DNA of 64,000 nt from the NCBI GenBank assembly GCA_031362565.1, contig JANLSU010000067.1:32001-96000 (forward strand), in the 5' to 3' direction. The translations under genes were made by a program, and so were the position numbers. This DNA comes from a bacterium. GTDB lineage: Bacteria; Krumholzibacteriota; Krumholzibacteriia; G020349025. Of the stretch, positions 28,905-39,631 are shown in pieces. Below the pieces are notes generated by a model that did not search any database, was not told the origin of the DNA, and saw nothing but the letters and a program-made list of their open reading frames with translations. Each line of letters opens with the position of its first letter. The stretch's first letter is position 1.

Positions 28905-30590
28905 GTGGCCGATCAACCACAACATCCCGCCGCGGGACCCGAATCGCCGCGCGCCCGCTGGGAGCGCGAAGTCTTGGCGCCGTACCTGGCGCGCCACCCC
29001 GAAAGCGCGCCGGAGTTCACCACCGGATCGCGCGCGCCGGTCGAGCGCTTGTACTCCGCCGTTGATCGCAGTGGCGCCGACGAAGAGCGCGATCTGGGCT
29101 ACCCCGGCGCCTATCCCTTCACGCGCGGCCCCTACCCGACGATGTATCGCGGCAAACTCTGGACCATGCGCCAGTACGCCGGCTTCGGCACCGCCGCCGA
29201 GTCGAATCGCCGCTATCACTACTTGCTGGGGCAAGGCCAGACCGGCCTCTCGGTTGCCTTCGATCTCTGCACCCAAATTGGCTATGACTCCGACCATGCG
29301 ATGGCGCGCGGTGAAGTCGGCAAGGTGGGCGTCGCGATCTCGACCATCGAAGACATGGAGACACTGCTCGCGGGGCTGCCGCTCGAGACCATCTCGACCT
29401 CGATGACGATCAATTCGACGGCGTCGACGTTGCTGGCGTTGTATCTCGTGGTGGCGCGCCGCCGTGGCGTCGCCTGGACGGCACTTCGCGGCACGGTGCA
29501 GAACGACATTTTGAAGGAATACGTGGCGCGCGGCACCTACATCTATCCGCCCGGGCCGTCGATGCGGCTCATCACCGATATGTTCGCGTTCTGCGCCAAG
29601 GAAGTGCCGGAGTGGAACCCGATCAGCATTTCCGGCTATCACATTCGCGAAGCGGGCTCGACGGCGGCGCAAGAGATCGCCTTTACGCTCGCCGACGGGA
29701 TCGCCTACGTGCAGGCCGCGCTCGACGCCGGACTCGACATCGATGCCTTCGCGGGCCGGCTGTCGTTCTTTTTCAACGCTCACAATGATCTCTTGGAGGA
29801 AGTCGCCAAGTTCCGCGCCGCCAGGCGCCTGTGGGCGCAGATCATGCGCGAGCGCTTCGGCGCCAAAAGGCCGGCGTCGTGGGCGCTCCGCTTTCATGCC
29901 CAGACGGCGGGCGTGACGCTGACCGCGCAGCAACCGGAAAACAACGTCGTCCGCGTAACGATTCAGGCGCTGGCCGCCGTCTTGGGCGGTGCCCAGAGCT
30001 TGCACACGAACTCGCGTGACGAAGCGCTGTCGTTGCCGACCGAAGAAGCGGCGCGCATCGCGCTTCGCACTCAGCAGATCCTGGCGCACGAATCAGGCGT
30101 CGCGCACACGATCGATGCGCTCGGCGGCTCGTACGCCATCGAAACGCTCACCGACCGGCTCGATGCCGAAGCCCGCGCCCTCATCGCCGCCGTCGATGCG
30201 CGGGGCGGCATGGTGGGTGCCATCGAGCAAGGCTGGGTCCAGCGTCAAATTCAAGACGCGGCGTACGACTTGCAGAAGGAAATCGATACCGGGGCGCGCG
30301 TCGTCGTCGGGGTCAACCGGTATCGCGACGACACAGCGAACGGTGTACCGATCATGCGCGTCGATCCGAAGCTCGAACGCGAGCAGGTGGAGCGGGTGCG
30401 CCGTTTCCGCGCCCAGCGTGAGCCCGGTGCGGTCCGCGCTTCGCTCGACTGGCTGCGGCGCGCTGCCGTCTCGGATGAGAACCTCATGCCGGCCCTCGTC
30501 GAATGCGTCGATCGGAACGTCACGCTGGGCGAGATCGCCGACGCGCTGCGCGAGATCTTCGGCGAGTATCATGAAAACGTCGTCGTCTAA
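28905..30590 (+). CDS. Methylmalonyl-CoA mutase, substrate-binding (large) subunit
   Basis: [65 protein letters not shown]. No B12-binding domain. Confidence 0.92.
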   Translation: MADQPQHPAAGPESPRARWEREVLAPYLARHPESAPEFTTGSRAPVERLYSAVDRSGADEERDLGYPGAYPFTRGPYPTMYRGKLWTMRQYAGFGTAAESNRRYHYLLGQGQTGLSVAFDLCTQIGYDSDHAMARGEVGKVGVAISTIEDMETLLAGLPLETISTSMTINSTASTLLALYLVVARRRGVAWTALRGTVQNDILKEYVARGTYIYPPGPSMRLITDMFAFCAKEVPEWNPISISGYHIREAGSTAAQEIAFTLADGIAYVQAALDAGLDIDAFAGRLSFFFNAHNDLLEEVAKFRAARRLWAQIMRERFGAKRPASWALRFHAQTAGVTLTAQQPENNVVRVTIQALAAVLGGAQSLHTNSRDEALSLPTEEAARIALRTQQILAHESGVAHTIDALGGSYAIETLTDRLDAEARALIAAVDARGGMVGAIEQGWVQRQIQDAAYDLQKEIDTGARVVVGVNRYRDDTANGVPIMRVDPKLEREQVERVRRFRAQREPGAVRASLDWLRRAAVSDENLMPALVECVDRNVTLGEIADALREIFGEYHENVVV

Positions 30591-30605
30591 GGCGGAGGAC
30601 GCAGT

Positions 30606-31013
30606 GTGACTTCAGAAGCGCGGCGCATCCGGGTGCTCGTCGCCAAACCCGGCCTGGACGGCCACGACCGGGGCGCCAAGTTCATCGCGCGGGCTTTCAA
30701 GGAAGCCGGCATGGAAGTCATTTATACCGGTATTCGCCAAACCCCCGAGGCCATCGTCACGGCCGCGATCCAGGAGGACGTCGACGCCATCGGGCTCTCG
30801 ATCCTCTCGGGCGCCCACCGGGAATTGTTTCCGGATATCATGCAGCGCCTGCGCGACCAGGGCGCCGGCGACATTCTGGTGTTCGCGGGCGGCGTGATCC
30901 CGGACGAAGACCGGGAGTTTTGTCGGAAGCTCGGCGTTGGCGCCGTCTTCGGCCCGGGGACTTCGGCGGACGAAGCGATCGAATTCGTACGGACACACGT
31001 GCGCCCCGCGTGA
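30606..31013 (+). CDS. Methylmalonyl-CoA mutase cobalamin-binding (small) subunit
   Basis: [13 protein letters not shown] (DxHxxG), SILSGAH, GGVIP, FGPGT. Confidence 0.95.
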   Translation: MTSEARRIRVLVAKPGLDGHDRGAKFIARAFKEAGMEVIYTGIRQTPEAIVTAAIQEDVDAIGLSILSGAHRELFPDIMQRLRDQGAGDILVFAGGVIPDEDREFCRKLGVGAVFGPGTSADEAIEFVRTHVRPA

Positions 31014-31042
31014 CGGCGCGGCGCACCTTGAAGGGAACGGCT

Positions 31043-31498
31043 GTGAACGATCAGATGCCGAGTGTGGGCGTCGAAGTATTGCCGCATGGCGCCGGGTTGC
31101 CGCCTTTGGCGCCGATGACCGGTGGCGCCGCGGGCTACGACCTACGCGCCGCGGTGACGGAAGATCTCGTACTCGAGCCGGGCGAGGCGAGGCTCGTGCC
31201 GACCGGCGTGCGGCTCGAGATCCCGGTGGGGTTCGAAGCGCAAGTGCGGCCGCGGAGTGGTCTCGCGCTCCGCGACCGCATCGGCGTCCTCAACAGTCCA
31301 GGAACGATCGATAGCGATTATCGCGGCGAGGTGCAGGTCATTCTGTTCAACTTCAGCACCACTGCCTATCGCGTCACCCGCGGCGCCCGCGTCGCGCAAC
31401 TTGTCTTCGGGCGCGTCTTCCGGCCCGAACTCGAACCACGCGTGTTGGCGGAAACGGAACGCGGCGGCGGCGGTTTCGGTTCGACCGGAGCGAAGTGA
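31043..31498 (+). CDS. dut: dUTP diphosphatase
   Basis: AAGYDL, QVRPRSGLA, NSPGTIDSDYRGE, RVAQL, RGGGGFGSTG. Confidence 0.96.
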   Translation: MNDQMPSVGVEVLPHGAGLPPLAPMTGGAAGYDLRAAVTEDLVLEPGEARLVPTGVRLEIPVGFEAQVRPRSGLALRDRIGVLNSPGTIDSDYRGEVQVILFNFSTTAYRVTRGARVAQLVFGRVFRPELEPRVLAETERGGGGFGSTGAK

Positions 31499-32328
31499 AC
31501 CGAGCGGTTGGCGCCGCGCCGGATGCCATGCAGACGTTCCCAGCCATACTCGCGTACCACAAAGTCGGCACCCCGGAGATGGGCGGCACCTGGTGCACGC
31601 GCCGGCAGTTGCGCGCCCAGTTGGCGGCACTCACCGCCGGCGGCTGGGCGTTCGTGGACGCGGCGACTTTCGAGCGCCGCATCGACGCCGGTACATTTCC
31701 ATCCGCCGCCCATGAAGTCCTGATGACCTTCGACGATGCCTTTGCGAGCTTCGGCGCCCACGCCTGGCCCGAACTCGAGCGCGCCGGCGCGCCGGCGATC
31801 GTTTTCGTCGTGAGCGAGTTCGTTGGGCAGCGCTCGTCGTGGGACTGGCCGCTCCCGGGACGGCGGGTGCCGCATCTCGATTGGGCGGAACTTCGCGCCC
31901 TGGCCGCCGCCGGCGTCACGATCGGCGCGCACAGCGCGACGCATCGCGACCTGCGGCGTCTCGATGATCACGATCTCGACGCCGAATTGCGCGGTGCCCG
32001 CATCCGTCTCGAAGATGGACTCGGTGTCGCGATCCGGAGCGTCGCCTATCCCTTCGGCCGTTCGGATGCGCGCGTGCATGCGGCAACGCGCGCCGCCGGC
32101 TACACGCTCGGTTTCTCCATGTGTCCACCGACTGGGACCGCCGATCGCTGGGCGCTCCGCCGGCACGGCGTATATGTCATCGATTCACCCCGCACCGTCC
32201 TCGACAAGGTCGACGCCGCGCGCCCGGGCCACGCCTGGCAAGATCGCACCGAGCGCGCCATCAACGCCTGCGCGGCGCTGGTGAGCGGCACAGTCGGCAG
32301 GCCACGGCGGACGGAGAGTGTCCTTTGA
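31495..32328 (+). CDS. Polysaccharide deacetylase (CE4/NodB-like)
   Basis: ILAYHKV, TFDDA, HSATH, AYPFG motifs. Start may instead be ATG 31528. Confidence 0.88.
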   Translation: MNRAVGAAPDAMQTFPAILAYHKVGTPEMGGTWCTRRQLRAQLAALTAGGWAFVDAATFERRIDAGTFPSAAHEVLMTFDDAFASFGAHAWPELERAGAPAIVFVVSEFVGQRSSWDWPLPGRRVPHLDWAELRALAAAGVTIGAHSATHRDLRRLDDHDLDAELRGARIRLEDGLGVAIRSVAYPFGRSDARVHAATRAAGYTLGFSMCPPTGTADRWALRRHGVYVIDSPRTVLDKVDAARPGHAWQDRTERAINACAALVSGTVGRPRRTESVL

Positions 32329-32361
32329 CCACGGTGCGATTCCAGGCGTAGTATCCCCAGT

Positions 32362-34077
32362 GTGGTGACGAACTCCTTACTGCAACGCCTGGCTGCGGCG
32401 TGTCGTTTCGCCGTTCTTGCGGGCGCGCTTTTGGTCTTTGGGTTGGGCGGTTGCGGGAACCAGACCCCGGACGGCTCTCGGGTCATCCTGATCGACAATA
32501 TTCACGCCAGCAAACAGGCGCCCGAGTTCGGGATGCCGTGGAACGACTACCGGTATAGCAGGCTGAACGGGGAGAAGCGCCTCTTCGACTTCCTCGGTGC
32601 CAACGGCTATCCGCATCGCTATGTGACGCGCTCGGATGCCGTCAAGCTGACACCGGAGGTCCTGCGCGGCGTGCGTATTTTGATGGTGGACCTCATCGAC
32701 CCGCAGTGCTTCGATTTCGCACCGGATGAAATTGAAACGGTGCGTAAATTCGTCAACGGTGGCGGCAGCCTGCTGGTGATTGCGGACCACACCAATGTCT
32801 ACGACCACGCCCGCCGTTCGAATGCTCTGCTCAAACCGATGGGCGTCGAGATCGACTACGGCTCGGGCATCGAGCGGGATCCGGACTTGGCGACGGCGGA
32901 CGGCTACTGGATCCATGTCCGGTCGTTCACCGACCATCCGGTGACCCGCGAAGTCGAGGCCATCTTCTTCCAAACCGGGGCCACGCTCAGCACTACGCAC
33001 GGCATCGCCTGCCTCTCGCCACGCGGTTTCCGGGATGACTGGTACCCGAACCGCAAACATCCGAGCAAGCTCGGCAACGGACTGTTCGAGGTCGGCGAGA
33101 AGGCGGGCGCCCTGCCGCTCGTTGCGGCGGGCAACTACGGGCGTGGCCGGTTCGCCGTGCTGGGCGACGAGAATCTCCTCGGCAACTCGCACTTGTTTGT
33201 GGCCAACACCTTCGAGTTCGCCGCCAATCTGTTCGAATGGCTGGCGGGCGCCGAGGCCTCGGTGCCGCCACTGCGAGCCCGCCTCCAGACGTCGCTACGA
33301 GTCGCGTTCGATCTCGAACACTCGCACTGGAACATCACCGGCAACGACTGCGACCGGTATCATCCCTTCTACATCGATTTCAATCGCGCGCCTGGAATGG
33401 TATCGCGCGGCCTGATCGCACTCCGCGGCAAGTGGGATGTGCTGGTGTTCACGGATCCTGATACGCCGTTTACGGCCGACGAACTGGCCTACGTGCGGGC
33501 GCATGCCGAGAACGGCGGCACGGTGATCGTGTTGACCGACGTGCGGCGGGCGCGGCCCGGCGCGCGGCAACTCCTGTCGGAACTTATTCCGGGTATCGTT
33601 CTCAAGGGACGGCGGACATTCGGGCTGGCTCAATTGCCGGCCGGCGACGAACTCGTGGCCACGGTCACGGCGGCGAATGAATTTCCTCTCGTCTCGCCGA
33701 CGCTGGCGGTTCAAGGCCTGCACATGGCCGGACACTCGTATGCGAATGGCGCTCGCTGTGTACTCGACGTCGACAAATCACAACCCTACTTGGTCCAAGT
33801 CACGGCTTCCGGCGGCCAGCCGCTGTTGCAGGCGCAAGTGGGTCAGGCCGTTGTGGACTTGGCGCGCGTCTATCCGCTGGGCAAGGGCCGCGTCGTGGCG
33901 TTCTTCCAGGATGGCTTCTTCCGCAACGAAACCATGGGATTGGAAGAGCACGCACCGGCGGCACGCACCGCCGACTCCCATCGCGTGGTGTATGAACTCG
34001 TGCGCTGGCTGCTGCAACTGTACAGTGCACCGGGAGCGACACAGACCGAAGCAGACGAGCTCAAACCCACATTCTAG
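32362..34077 (+). CDS. Hypothetical lipoprotein with class-I glutamine-amidotransferase-like (DUF4350/GldG-like) domains
   Basis: Lipobox LGGC. FAPDEIETVRKFVNGGGSLLVIADH, DHPVTREV, YGRGRFAVLGD, and a second FTADELAYVRAHAENGGTVIVL...GKGRVVAFFQ. Confidence 0.65.
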   Translation: MVTNSLLQRLAAACRFAVLAGALLVFGLGGCGNQTPDGSRVILIDNIHASKQAPEFGMPWNDYRYSRLNGEKRLFDFLGANGYPHRYVTRSDAVKLTPEVLRGVRILMVDLIDPQCFDFAPDEIETVRKFVNGGGSLLVIADHTNVYDHARRSNALLKPMGVEIDYGSGIERDPDLATADGYWIHVRSFTDHPVTREVEAIFFQTGATLSTTHGIACLSPRGFRDDWYPNRKHPSKLGNGLFEVGEKAGALPLVAAGNYGRGRFAVLGDENLLGNSHLFVANTFEFAANLFEWLAGAEASVPPLRARLQTSLRVAFDLEHSHWNITGNDCDRYHPFYIDFNRAPGMVSRGLIALRGKWDVLVFTDPDTPFTADELAYVRAHAENGGTVIVLTDVRRARPGARQLLSELIPGIVLKGRRTFGLAQLPAGDELVATVTAANEFPLVSPTLAVQGLHMAGHSYANGARCVLDVDKSQPYLVQVTASGGQPLLQAQVGQAVVDLARVYPLGKGRVVAFFQDGFFRNETMGLEEHAPAARTADSHRVVYELVRWLLQLYSAPGATQTEADELKPTF

Positions 34078-34973
34078 ATCGGCGCCGGCTTGGATGCGCC
34101 TGATCGGAGGGCCGGATAGGCGAGATCGAATCGCCGCCGATAGTAGATGCGTGTCGCGGCCACGAGCGCGCCCAGCGCGAGTCCGTACGCTGGCGCCACC
34201 TGTGCGGCTGCAAGCGCGTAGGCCGCGGTGCCGCCGACGCACACCACCTGGCTCGACACGCGCCGCGGCAGGCAGGCGTTCGCGGCCACGAGCGCGCCCA
34301 CGACGCCGGTGGCCGTTACGAGCGGCATGCTCCGGTACGGTGCCACCAATCCGACCGCACCGGCCGCCAAGGCGAGCGCCAACAGACGCGACAGGCGCGG
34401 TCCGAGCGCGACACCGATCGTGCGCTTGCCGGTGTGCGCGTCGCCTTCCAGGTCGAGGAGTGTCGTGTGAACGAAGACCGCCGCGACGGCGAGCCCCGTA
34501 CCCAGCCACGCCCAAGTGGGCTTCGCATCACCGGCACCGATCCACAACGCCAACACCCCATAACCCGCCGCATTGGCGACCAGGTCGAGTCCGGCGCGCG
34601 CCGCCAACCGCACCGGCGGCACGCTGTACGCGAATCCTAAGAGCGCCGCCACGAGGATCCGCCGCGGCGCCGCATCGCCCCATACCGCCACGCCCAGTCC
34701 AACCACGGTCAGCACCGCCGCCGCGATCGTGTACGTGCGCGGCGTGAACAAACCTCTTTGCAGGAAGAACCCCTTGCCGTTCAGGCGATCCGTTTCGCGA
34801 TCGACGATCTGATTCGCCAGATAGGCGCCGGCGAGCACCAGGGACAGGGCGGCGAAACGCCCGGCCGGAAACGGCTCCGACGGCGCGTACAAGCGCCAAC
34901 CGAGCACGAAAAAACTCCATGCCGGAATGAGCACCAAGGGGCGAAGCGCGAAACAGAAGTCGAGCAGACGCAT
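34074..34973 (-). CDS. UbiA-family prenyltransferase
   Basis: LRP N-terminus, NQIVDRETDRLN, YSVPPVRL, LDLEGD...KRT; multi-TM. Confidence 0.85.
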   Translation of the reverse strand: MRLLDFCFALRPLVLIPAWSFFVLGWRLYAPSEPFPAGRFAALSLVLAGAYLANQIVDRETDRLNGKGFFLQRGLFTPRTYTIAAAVLTVVGLGVAVWGDAAPRRILVAALLGFAYSVPPVRLAARAGLDLVANAAGYGVLALWIGAGDAKPTWAWLGTGLAVAAVFVHTTLLDLEGDAHTGKRTIGVALGPRLSRLLALALAAGAVGLVAPYRSMPLVTATGVVGALVAANACLPRRVSSQVVCVGGTAAYALAAAQVAPAYGLALGALVAATRIYYRRRFDLAYPALRSGASKPAPI

Positions 34974-35005
34974 GCCCGCACAGTACGCGACGCGCGGGCA
35001 AGCTG

Positions 35006-36121
35006 TCAGTGGGCCGGGCGTGCCACCGACACGGCGTTCGAGAGTTCGAAGCCAGTGCCGCCGCCTTGCGCGACGTAGCGGAGTGGACCGGCACGCCGCA
35101 ACAGTTCGGGGCTCGCGAGATCGTCTTGCGCGAGGGCGGTCAGGGTCGCCGGGTAGCGTCCGTGCAAGGCCCGGTACACTTCGATGCTCTGCCGCACGGC
35201 TTCACGGGCCGATTCCATCTCCAGTTCGACCGCGGCGCGCCCGGCCGAGGCGCTCGTCACCGCCGGCCCCAACCACAATGCCGCGAGGAGCGAGCCGACG
35301 CACACTGCGACCGTCACCATCCAACTGACCGGGCGCGGCAACGACCAGAGGTCGCGAATCGACGAGCGCCGCACGAACGCCGGGCGGACGGTGCCAAAGT
35401 CGGCAACCGCACGCAACGGCTCCGGCCGCTCGAGAATCCGCACCACGCCGGCGTCGGCGCCCTGCGCTACGATCTCGTAGGTCTCGTACTCCGGCACCTT
35501 CGCGACTCGCACCAGGTCGCCCAGCCGCATCGCACCCTGCACCAGGTTCAGCACGCCGTGGCCGCGGGGGCCCAAGATCGAGGTCGGCGCGCCGCTTAGA
35601 TCCAGCACGACATCCGGCCCGGGCAGCTTCTCCAAGAGACGCGGCCATTCGTCGGCGCGCCGCGCGCCTTCCATCAGAATGGAGTCGATCTTGAGCTGGA
35701 TGCGGTTGCGAAGTCCGGCGAGTGCTTCCTCGCCGCTCACGAACTGATAGGTTCCCTCGCGCCATCCGAAGGTCGTGTGCACGAGTTCCTGCGCCAAGTC
35801 CTCGAGTGCCGCGTGCAGATCCTCTTCGGTCATGTAACGATCGGCAACGATGATGTCGGCGAGATCCTCGCGCGATTCCTCGATCCGCGTCCGCAGGAAG
35901 CCGCCGGTTTCGGGGTGGATCCAACCGACGCGCAAGAGATAGTCGAGCAGCGGGTCGTACGCCATGTGGCGGCGGTCGCGGGTGGCGATGAGCCCGCCGC
36001 GTTCGAAGTACAACGTCACGGTCTTGGTGCTCTGGCTCAGACGCAGGAGCCCCGTCTTTTGCTGGACGGCGACCAGCTGGAGAATCTCGGCGAGCCGGAA
36101 CTCGCTCAACGATCCCTGCAT
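35006..36121 (-). CDS. DUF4388 (PATAN-like) protein with TM and pseudopilin-like C-terminal domain
   Basis: MQGSLSEFRLAEILQLVAVQQKTGLL...FGWREGTYQF...ILMEGARRADEW, then one TM, then IEVYRALHGRYPATLTAL. Confidence 0.8.
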   Translation of the reverse strand: MQGSLSEFRLAEILQLVAVQQKTGLLRLSQSTKTVTLYFERGGLIATRDRRHMAYDPLLDYLLRVGWIHPETGGFLRTRIEESREDLADIIVADRYMTEEDLHAALEDLAQELVHTTFGWREGTYQFVSGEEALAGLRNRIQLKIDSILMEGARRADEWPRLLEKLPGPDVVLDLSGAPTSILGPRGHGVLNLVQGAMRLGDLVRVAKVPEYETYEIVAQGADAGVVRILERPEPLRAVADFGTVRPAFVRRSSIRDLWSLPRPVSWMVTVAVCVGSLLAALWLGPAVTSASAGRAAVELEMESAREAVRQSIEVYRALHGRYPATLTALAQDDLASPELLRRAGPLRYVAQGGGTGFELSNAVSVARPAH

Positions 36122-36124
36122 GGT

Positions 36125-37960
36125 TCACACTCCCGGTTGCGGCGTACGCCGCATGACGCGGCTGTCGCGTTCACGATTGCGGAGCCGCAAGAGCCCCGGC
36201 AACCACAAGAATCCGAGCATCAGGGCGCCGATCTGCAGGACGCGGATGTCGGCCGCGACGTACCAAGGATCACTGCGTAAGCGCGCCACGTCGACGGCGT
36301 GCGCCACGATGAGCAGGGCGCACCAGGCGCAAGCCGTTGCCAATGCCGCCGGCACCGATGCACCGCGCACCAGATCGGCGGCGCCGGGGAAGAGCGGCGC
36401 GATCCATCGCCCCGTCGCCAAGGAGACGCGCCGCCGCCGGTCGGGCGCGATCATCTCCTCGCCCGGCACCCGCGAGCGCGGTGCGGCGATCTGACACGGG
36501 TTGCAGCGATCGTCGACCGGTGATTGCGCGACGCAGTGCGTACAGAGCACCGTGCCGCAAGCCGGGCACGGCACCGCGACGCGCCGCAAACGCGGCCCGT
36601 ACAAGAGCCAGCCGGCCATCGCCGCCAAGAGCCAGATGCTGAGTCCCGGACGCAAGCCGCGCCACGGGCTCGAGCGCCACGTTTGCACGCTGGCTTCGCG
36701 GTGGGCGGGTTGGCGGCGGATCTCGTCGCGCGCCTGTCGCAGGAGCGTCGCACGCGGCAGCGTCGCATCGAACACCGGCTCCGACTCGTCCCGCCACAAA
36801 GCCCGCCGGCGGGCGATGTCGGCCATTCCATGCGCCGCCGCGGCGCGCAGTTCACGGTCCGATTCGCTGTAGTGCGTGACGCGGATGTAGGTCTGCGCCA
36901 GGTTGGCGTACGCCACCGCCAGTGTCGGGTCGAGTGCCTCGGCAGCGCGATAGCCGGTGGCAGCTCGCTCGTAGTCGCCGGCGCGGAAGAACAGATTCGC
37001 GAGGTTCACATACGCCGGCGCCGCCGTCGAATCGGCGCGCAATGCCGCCACGAAATGCGCCTGGGCGGCGGCGGTATCGCCGCGGCGCCGCGCCTGCAAT
37101 CCCAGTACGAGTTCGATATCGGACGATGGACGCGTGTTGCCCGCCAGGATGCGCTGGAGGGCCGCATCGTGTCCGGCGTCGTTCAAATGGGCGATTTGGG
37201 CCGCCTGGGTGCGCGGATCGAGAAGCATCGCGTGGGGCGCGCAGAATCGCAACCCGAACTCGAGCCCGGCCAGAGCCACGCAGAGCATCGCCAGTGTCCG
37301 GCACTCACCACGTCGCAGGAACGGCGCCACCGCGGCCAACAAGACGAGGGTGCCGACGGCCGGCGACACCAGCCACGCCGACGCCAGCGGGACGATCAAG
37401 AGCAGCGTCGCACCGGAGGTCGTTCCGAGAGCTTCACCAAGCGCGTGACGCGCCAGGCGCAGAGCGCGCAGTGCCAGCAGGAGCGCCAGTGTCATCAGGG
37501 TCGCGGTGAACAGGGTGTGCAGTGCGTGCACGCCGCTCTGCATCCAGCGTGCTTCCTCGCGCGGATCGAGCCGCAACGCGTGCCACGCATCGGCGATCGC
37601 CGCGCACACGCCGGCGACGTCGCCGTGACGTATTGCATCGCGCGCCCGGCGGAGATGCGGTTCGGTGAGCGCCGGGTCCGCCTGCGCCGCCAGTGCGAGC
37701 AGTCCGGCGCGGCGCGGTTCGGGAGTGCGCGCCGCGATCCACAACAGGGCCCGCGACAGCGGCTCGGAGCGTTCGGCGCCCGCCTCTCGCTCGCCCTCGA
37801 AGTAGGCCCGCACGGCCGCCGTCGGCAACGCCACCGGCGCCGGCGCGACGTGGCTCGTGCCCGGCGTGGATGGAGCACTCGCGCCATCGCCGGCGGCGCC
37901 GGCCGTGGTGCTTGCGCAGCCGATCCACGCGGCGATCGCGATGGCGTTCCAGACCCGCAT
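36125..37960 (-). CDS. Membrane protein with TPR repeats and Cys-rich Zn-finger-like motif
   Basis: Signal peptide and TM segments. TPRs ([32 protein letters not shown]). [12 protein letters not shown]...CNPC. Confidence 0.72.
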   Translation of the reverse strand: MRVWNAIAIAAWIGCASTTAGAAGDGASAPSTPGTSHVAPAPVALPTAAVRAYFEGEREAGAERSEPLSRALLWIAARTPEPRRAGLLALAAQADPALTEPHLRRARDAIRHGDVAGVCAAIADAWHALRLDPREEARWMQSGVHALHTLFTATLMTLALLLALRALRLARHALGEALGTTSGATLLLIVPLASAWLVSPAVGTLVLLAAVAPFLRRGECRTLAMLCVALAGLEFGLRFCAPHAMLLDPRTQAAQIAHLNDAGHDAALQRILAGNTRPSSDIELVLGLQARRRGDTAAAQAHFVAALRADSTAAPAYVNLANLFFRAGDYERAATGYRAAEALDPTLAVAYANLAQTYIRVTHYSESDRELRAAAAHGMADIARRRALWRDESEPVFDATLPRATLLRQARDEIRRQPAHREASVQTWRSSPWRGLRPGLSIWLLAAMAGWLLYGPRLRRVAVPCPACGTVLCTHCVAQSPVDDRCNPCQIAAPRSRVPGEEMIAPDRRRRVSLATGRWIAPLFPGAADLVRGASVPAALATACAWCALLIVAHAVDVARLRSDPWYVAADIRVLQIGALMLGFLWLPGLLRLRNRERDSRVMRRTPQPGV

Positions 37961-38010
37961 TCCCACGAACTCCCGAGAGTGTGTTGGCGCGCTTTTCCCC
38001 CCATGCATTT

Positions 38011-38027
38011 GCGCAAGGATCGTGCCC
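38011..38027 (-). promoter_or_regulatory. Putative sigma54 (-24/-12) promoter
   Basis: Minus strand reads GGGCACGATCCTTGCG (GG-N10-GC), ~50 nt upstream of the TPR gene. Confidence 0.55.
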
Positions 38028-38103
38028 TTGCAAAGCGGCTACCGGCGCGGCTAGTCTGGAGTTTCTTTGGGCGCGGCGGACCGCGCATCTCCCAGGAGCA
38101 CGC

Positions 38104-39399
38104 ATGCAGAACACAACGATCGCCGCGATCGGGCAGCACGTCGGGACGACCGTCCAGTTGCAGGGCTGGGTGTACAACGCGCGCACCGGCGGCAAGCTGT
38201 TCTTCCTGATGCTGCGCGACGGGACTGGAATCATGCAGGTCGTCGGATTCAAGCCCGAGCTTGGTGACGAGCGCTTCGCCGAACTCCAGACCCTGACCCA
38301 GGAGTCGTCCGTCCGCGTCTGGGGCGCGGTGCGTGAGGATGCGCGGGCTCCCGGCGGTTACGAAATGGGCATGCAGGGCTTCGAGATCGTGCAGGTCGCG
38401 GCCGAGTTCCCAATCACTCCGAAGGAACATGGCTCGCAGTTCCTGCTCGATCATCGCCACTTGTGGCTGCGCAGCAAGCGGCAGTTCGCGATTCTCAAGA
38501 TCCGGGCGCGCACCAAGAAGGCGATTCACGATTTTTTCGACGGGCGCGGCTTCACCCTGCTCGATACGCCCATCTTCACGCCCAACGCCTGCGAAGGCAC
38601 GACGACGCTCTTCGAGACGGAGTATTTCGGCACCAAGGCCTATCTCACCCAGAGCGGCCAGTTGTACAACGAGGCGACCGCGGCGGCGTTCCGCAATGTC
38701 TACACGTTTGGCCCGACGTTTCGCGCCGAAAAATCCAAGACGCGCCGGCATCTCACCGAGTTCTGGATGGTGGAACCGGAGATGGCCTGGGCGCATCTCG
38801 AAGACGTCATGCAGCTCGGCGAAGCGATGTTGCTGTATGTCATCGAACAGGTGCTGAACGACTGCCGCCCGCTGTTGGTGGAGGGGCTCGAGCGCGACGT
38901 GACGAAGCTCGAGGCGGTGCGAAGCCCGTTTCCGCGCCTGCACTACGATGACGCGGTGAAGGAGATCCAAGCCGCCGGTCAGCCGTTCGAATGGGGTGCC
39001 GATTTTGGCGCCCCGGACGAGACACTCCTGGGCCAGAACCACACGAGCCCGGTCCTCGTGCACCATTTCCCGACCGCGATGAAAGCCTTCTACATGCGGC
39101 CGGATCCGGAGAGTCCGAAGCACTGTTTCTCGGTGGATTTCCTGGCCCCCGAAGGCTACGGCGAGATCATCGGTGGCGGCGAACGCGTCTACGATCTCGA
39201 ATACCTCCAGGCCCAGCTGCACAAGCACGGCCTGCCGGAAGAAGCGTTCGGGTGGTACCTCGACCTGCGCCGCTATGGTGCCTTCCCGCACGCCGGGTTC
39301 GGACTCGGGCTCGAACGCACGGTGGCGTGGCTTTGTGGCCTCACGCACTTGCGCGAAGCCATTCCGTTCCCGCGTACCATTCAACGTTTAACGCCCTAA
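38104..39399 (+). CDS. asnS: Asparagine--tRNA ligase
   Basis: GWV...[74 protein letters not shown]. Confidence 0.96.
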   Translation: MQNTTIAAIGQHVGTTVQLQGWVYNARTGGKLFFLMLRDGTGIMQVVGFKPELGDERFAELQTLTQESSVRVWGAVREDARAPGGYEMGMQGFEIVQVAAEFPITPKEHGSQFLLDHRHLWLRSKRQFAILKIRARTKKAIHDFFDGRGFTLLDTPIFTPNACEGTTTLFETEYFGTKAYLTQSGQLYNEATAAAFRNVYTFGPTFRAEKSKTRRHLTEFWMVEPEMAWAHLEDVMQLGEAMLLYVIEQVLNDCRPLLVEGLERDVTKLEAVRSPFPRLHYDDAVKEIQAAGQPFEWGADFGAPDETLLGQNHTSPVLVHHFPTAMKAFYMRPDPESPKHCFSVDFLAPEGYGEIIGGGERVYDLEYLQAQLHKHGLPEEAFGWYLDLRRYGAFPHAGFGLGLERTVAWLCGLTHLREAIPFPRTIQRLTP

Positions 39400-39480
39400 C
39401 GGGCCGCGACCGGAACGTTTCCGGACACGTGCACGCGTCTTGCACGACGGGGTCCAGACCCGTCTTCGCAGGAGGCGCTT

Positions 39481-39606
39481 GTGCACCGCGGATTACGAAT
39501 TGTCGTTGCCGTCGTCTCGATGGCGATCGCCGTCGCGTGTGTTCTCGAGGGCACTCGGAAGAACGACGTGGCGCCGGAGTCGGTGCGTGTCGCGACGCCC
39601 TTCTGA
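39481..39606 (+). CDS. Small hypothetical membrane/secreted protein (41 aa)
   Basis: Perfect SD AGGAGG 5 nt before GTG. Product MHRGLRIVVAVVSMAIAVACVLEGTRKNDVAPESVRVATPF. Confidence 0.5.
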   Translation: MHRGLRIVVAVVSMAIAVACVLEGTRKNDVAPESVRVATPF

Positions 39607-39631
39607 GGCCGCGCCCCGCACCGTTTCAGAT

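Noticed and set aside
34074..34973. UbiA protein as the decaprenyl-phosphoribose synthase feeding the AftB-like enzyme
   Set aside because: It lacks the HPxKxxRP signature after the first Asp motif, has a DxxGD second motif like other UbiA subfamilies, and is ~9 kb from the GT-C genes.
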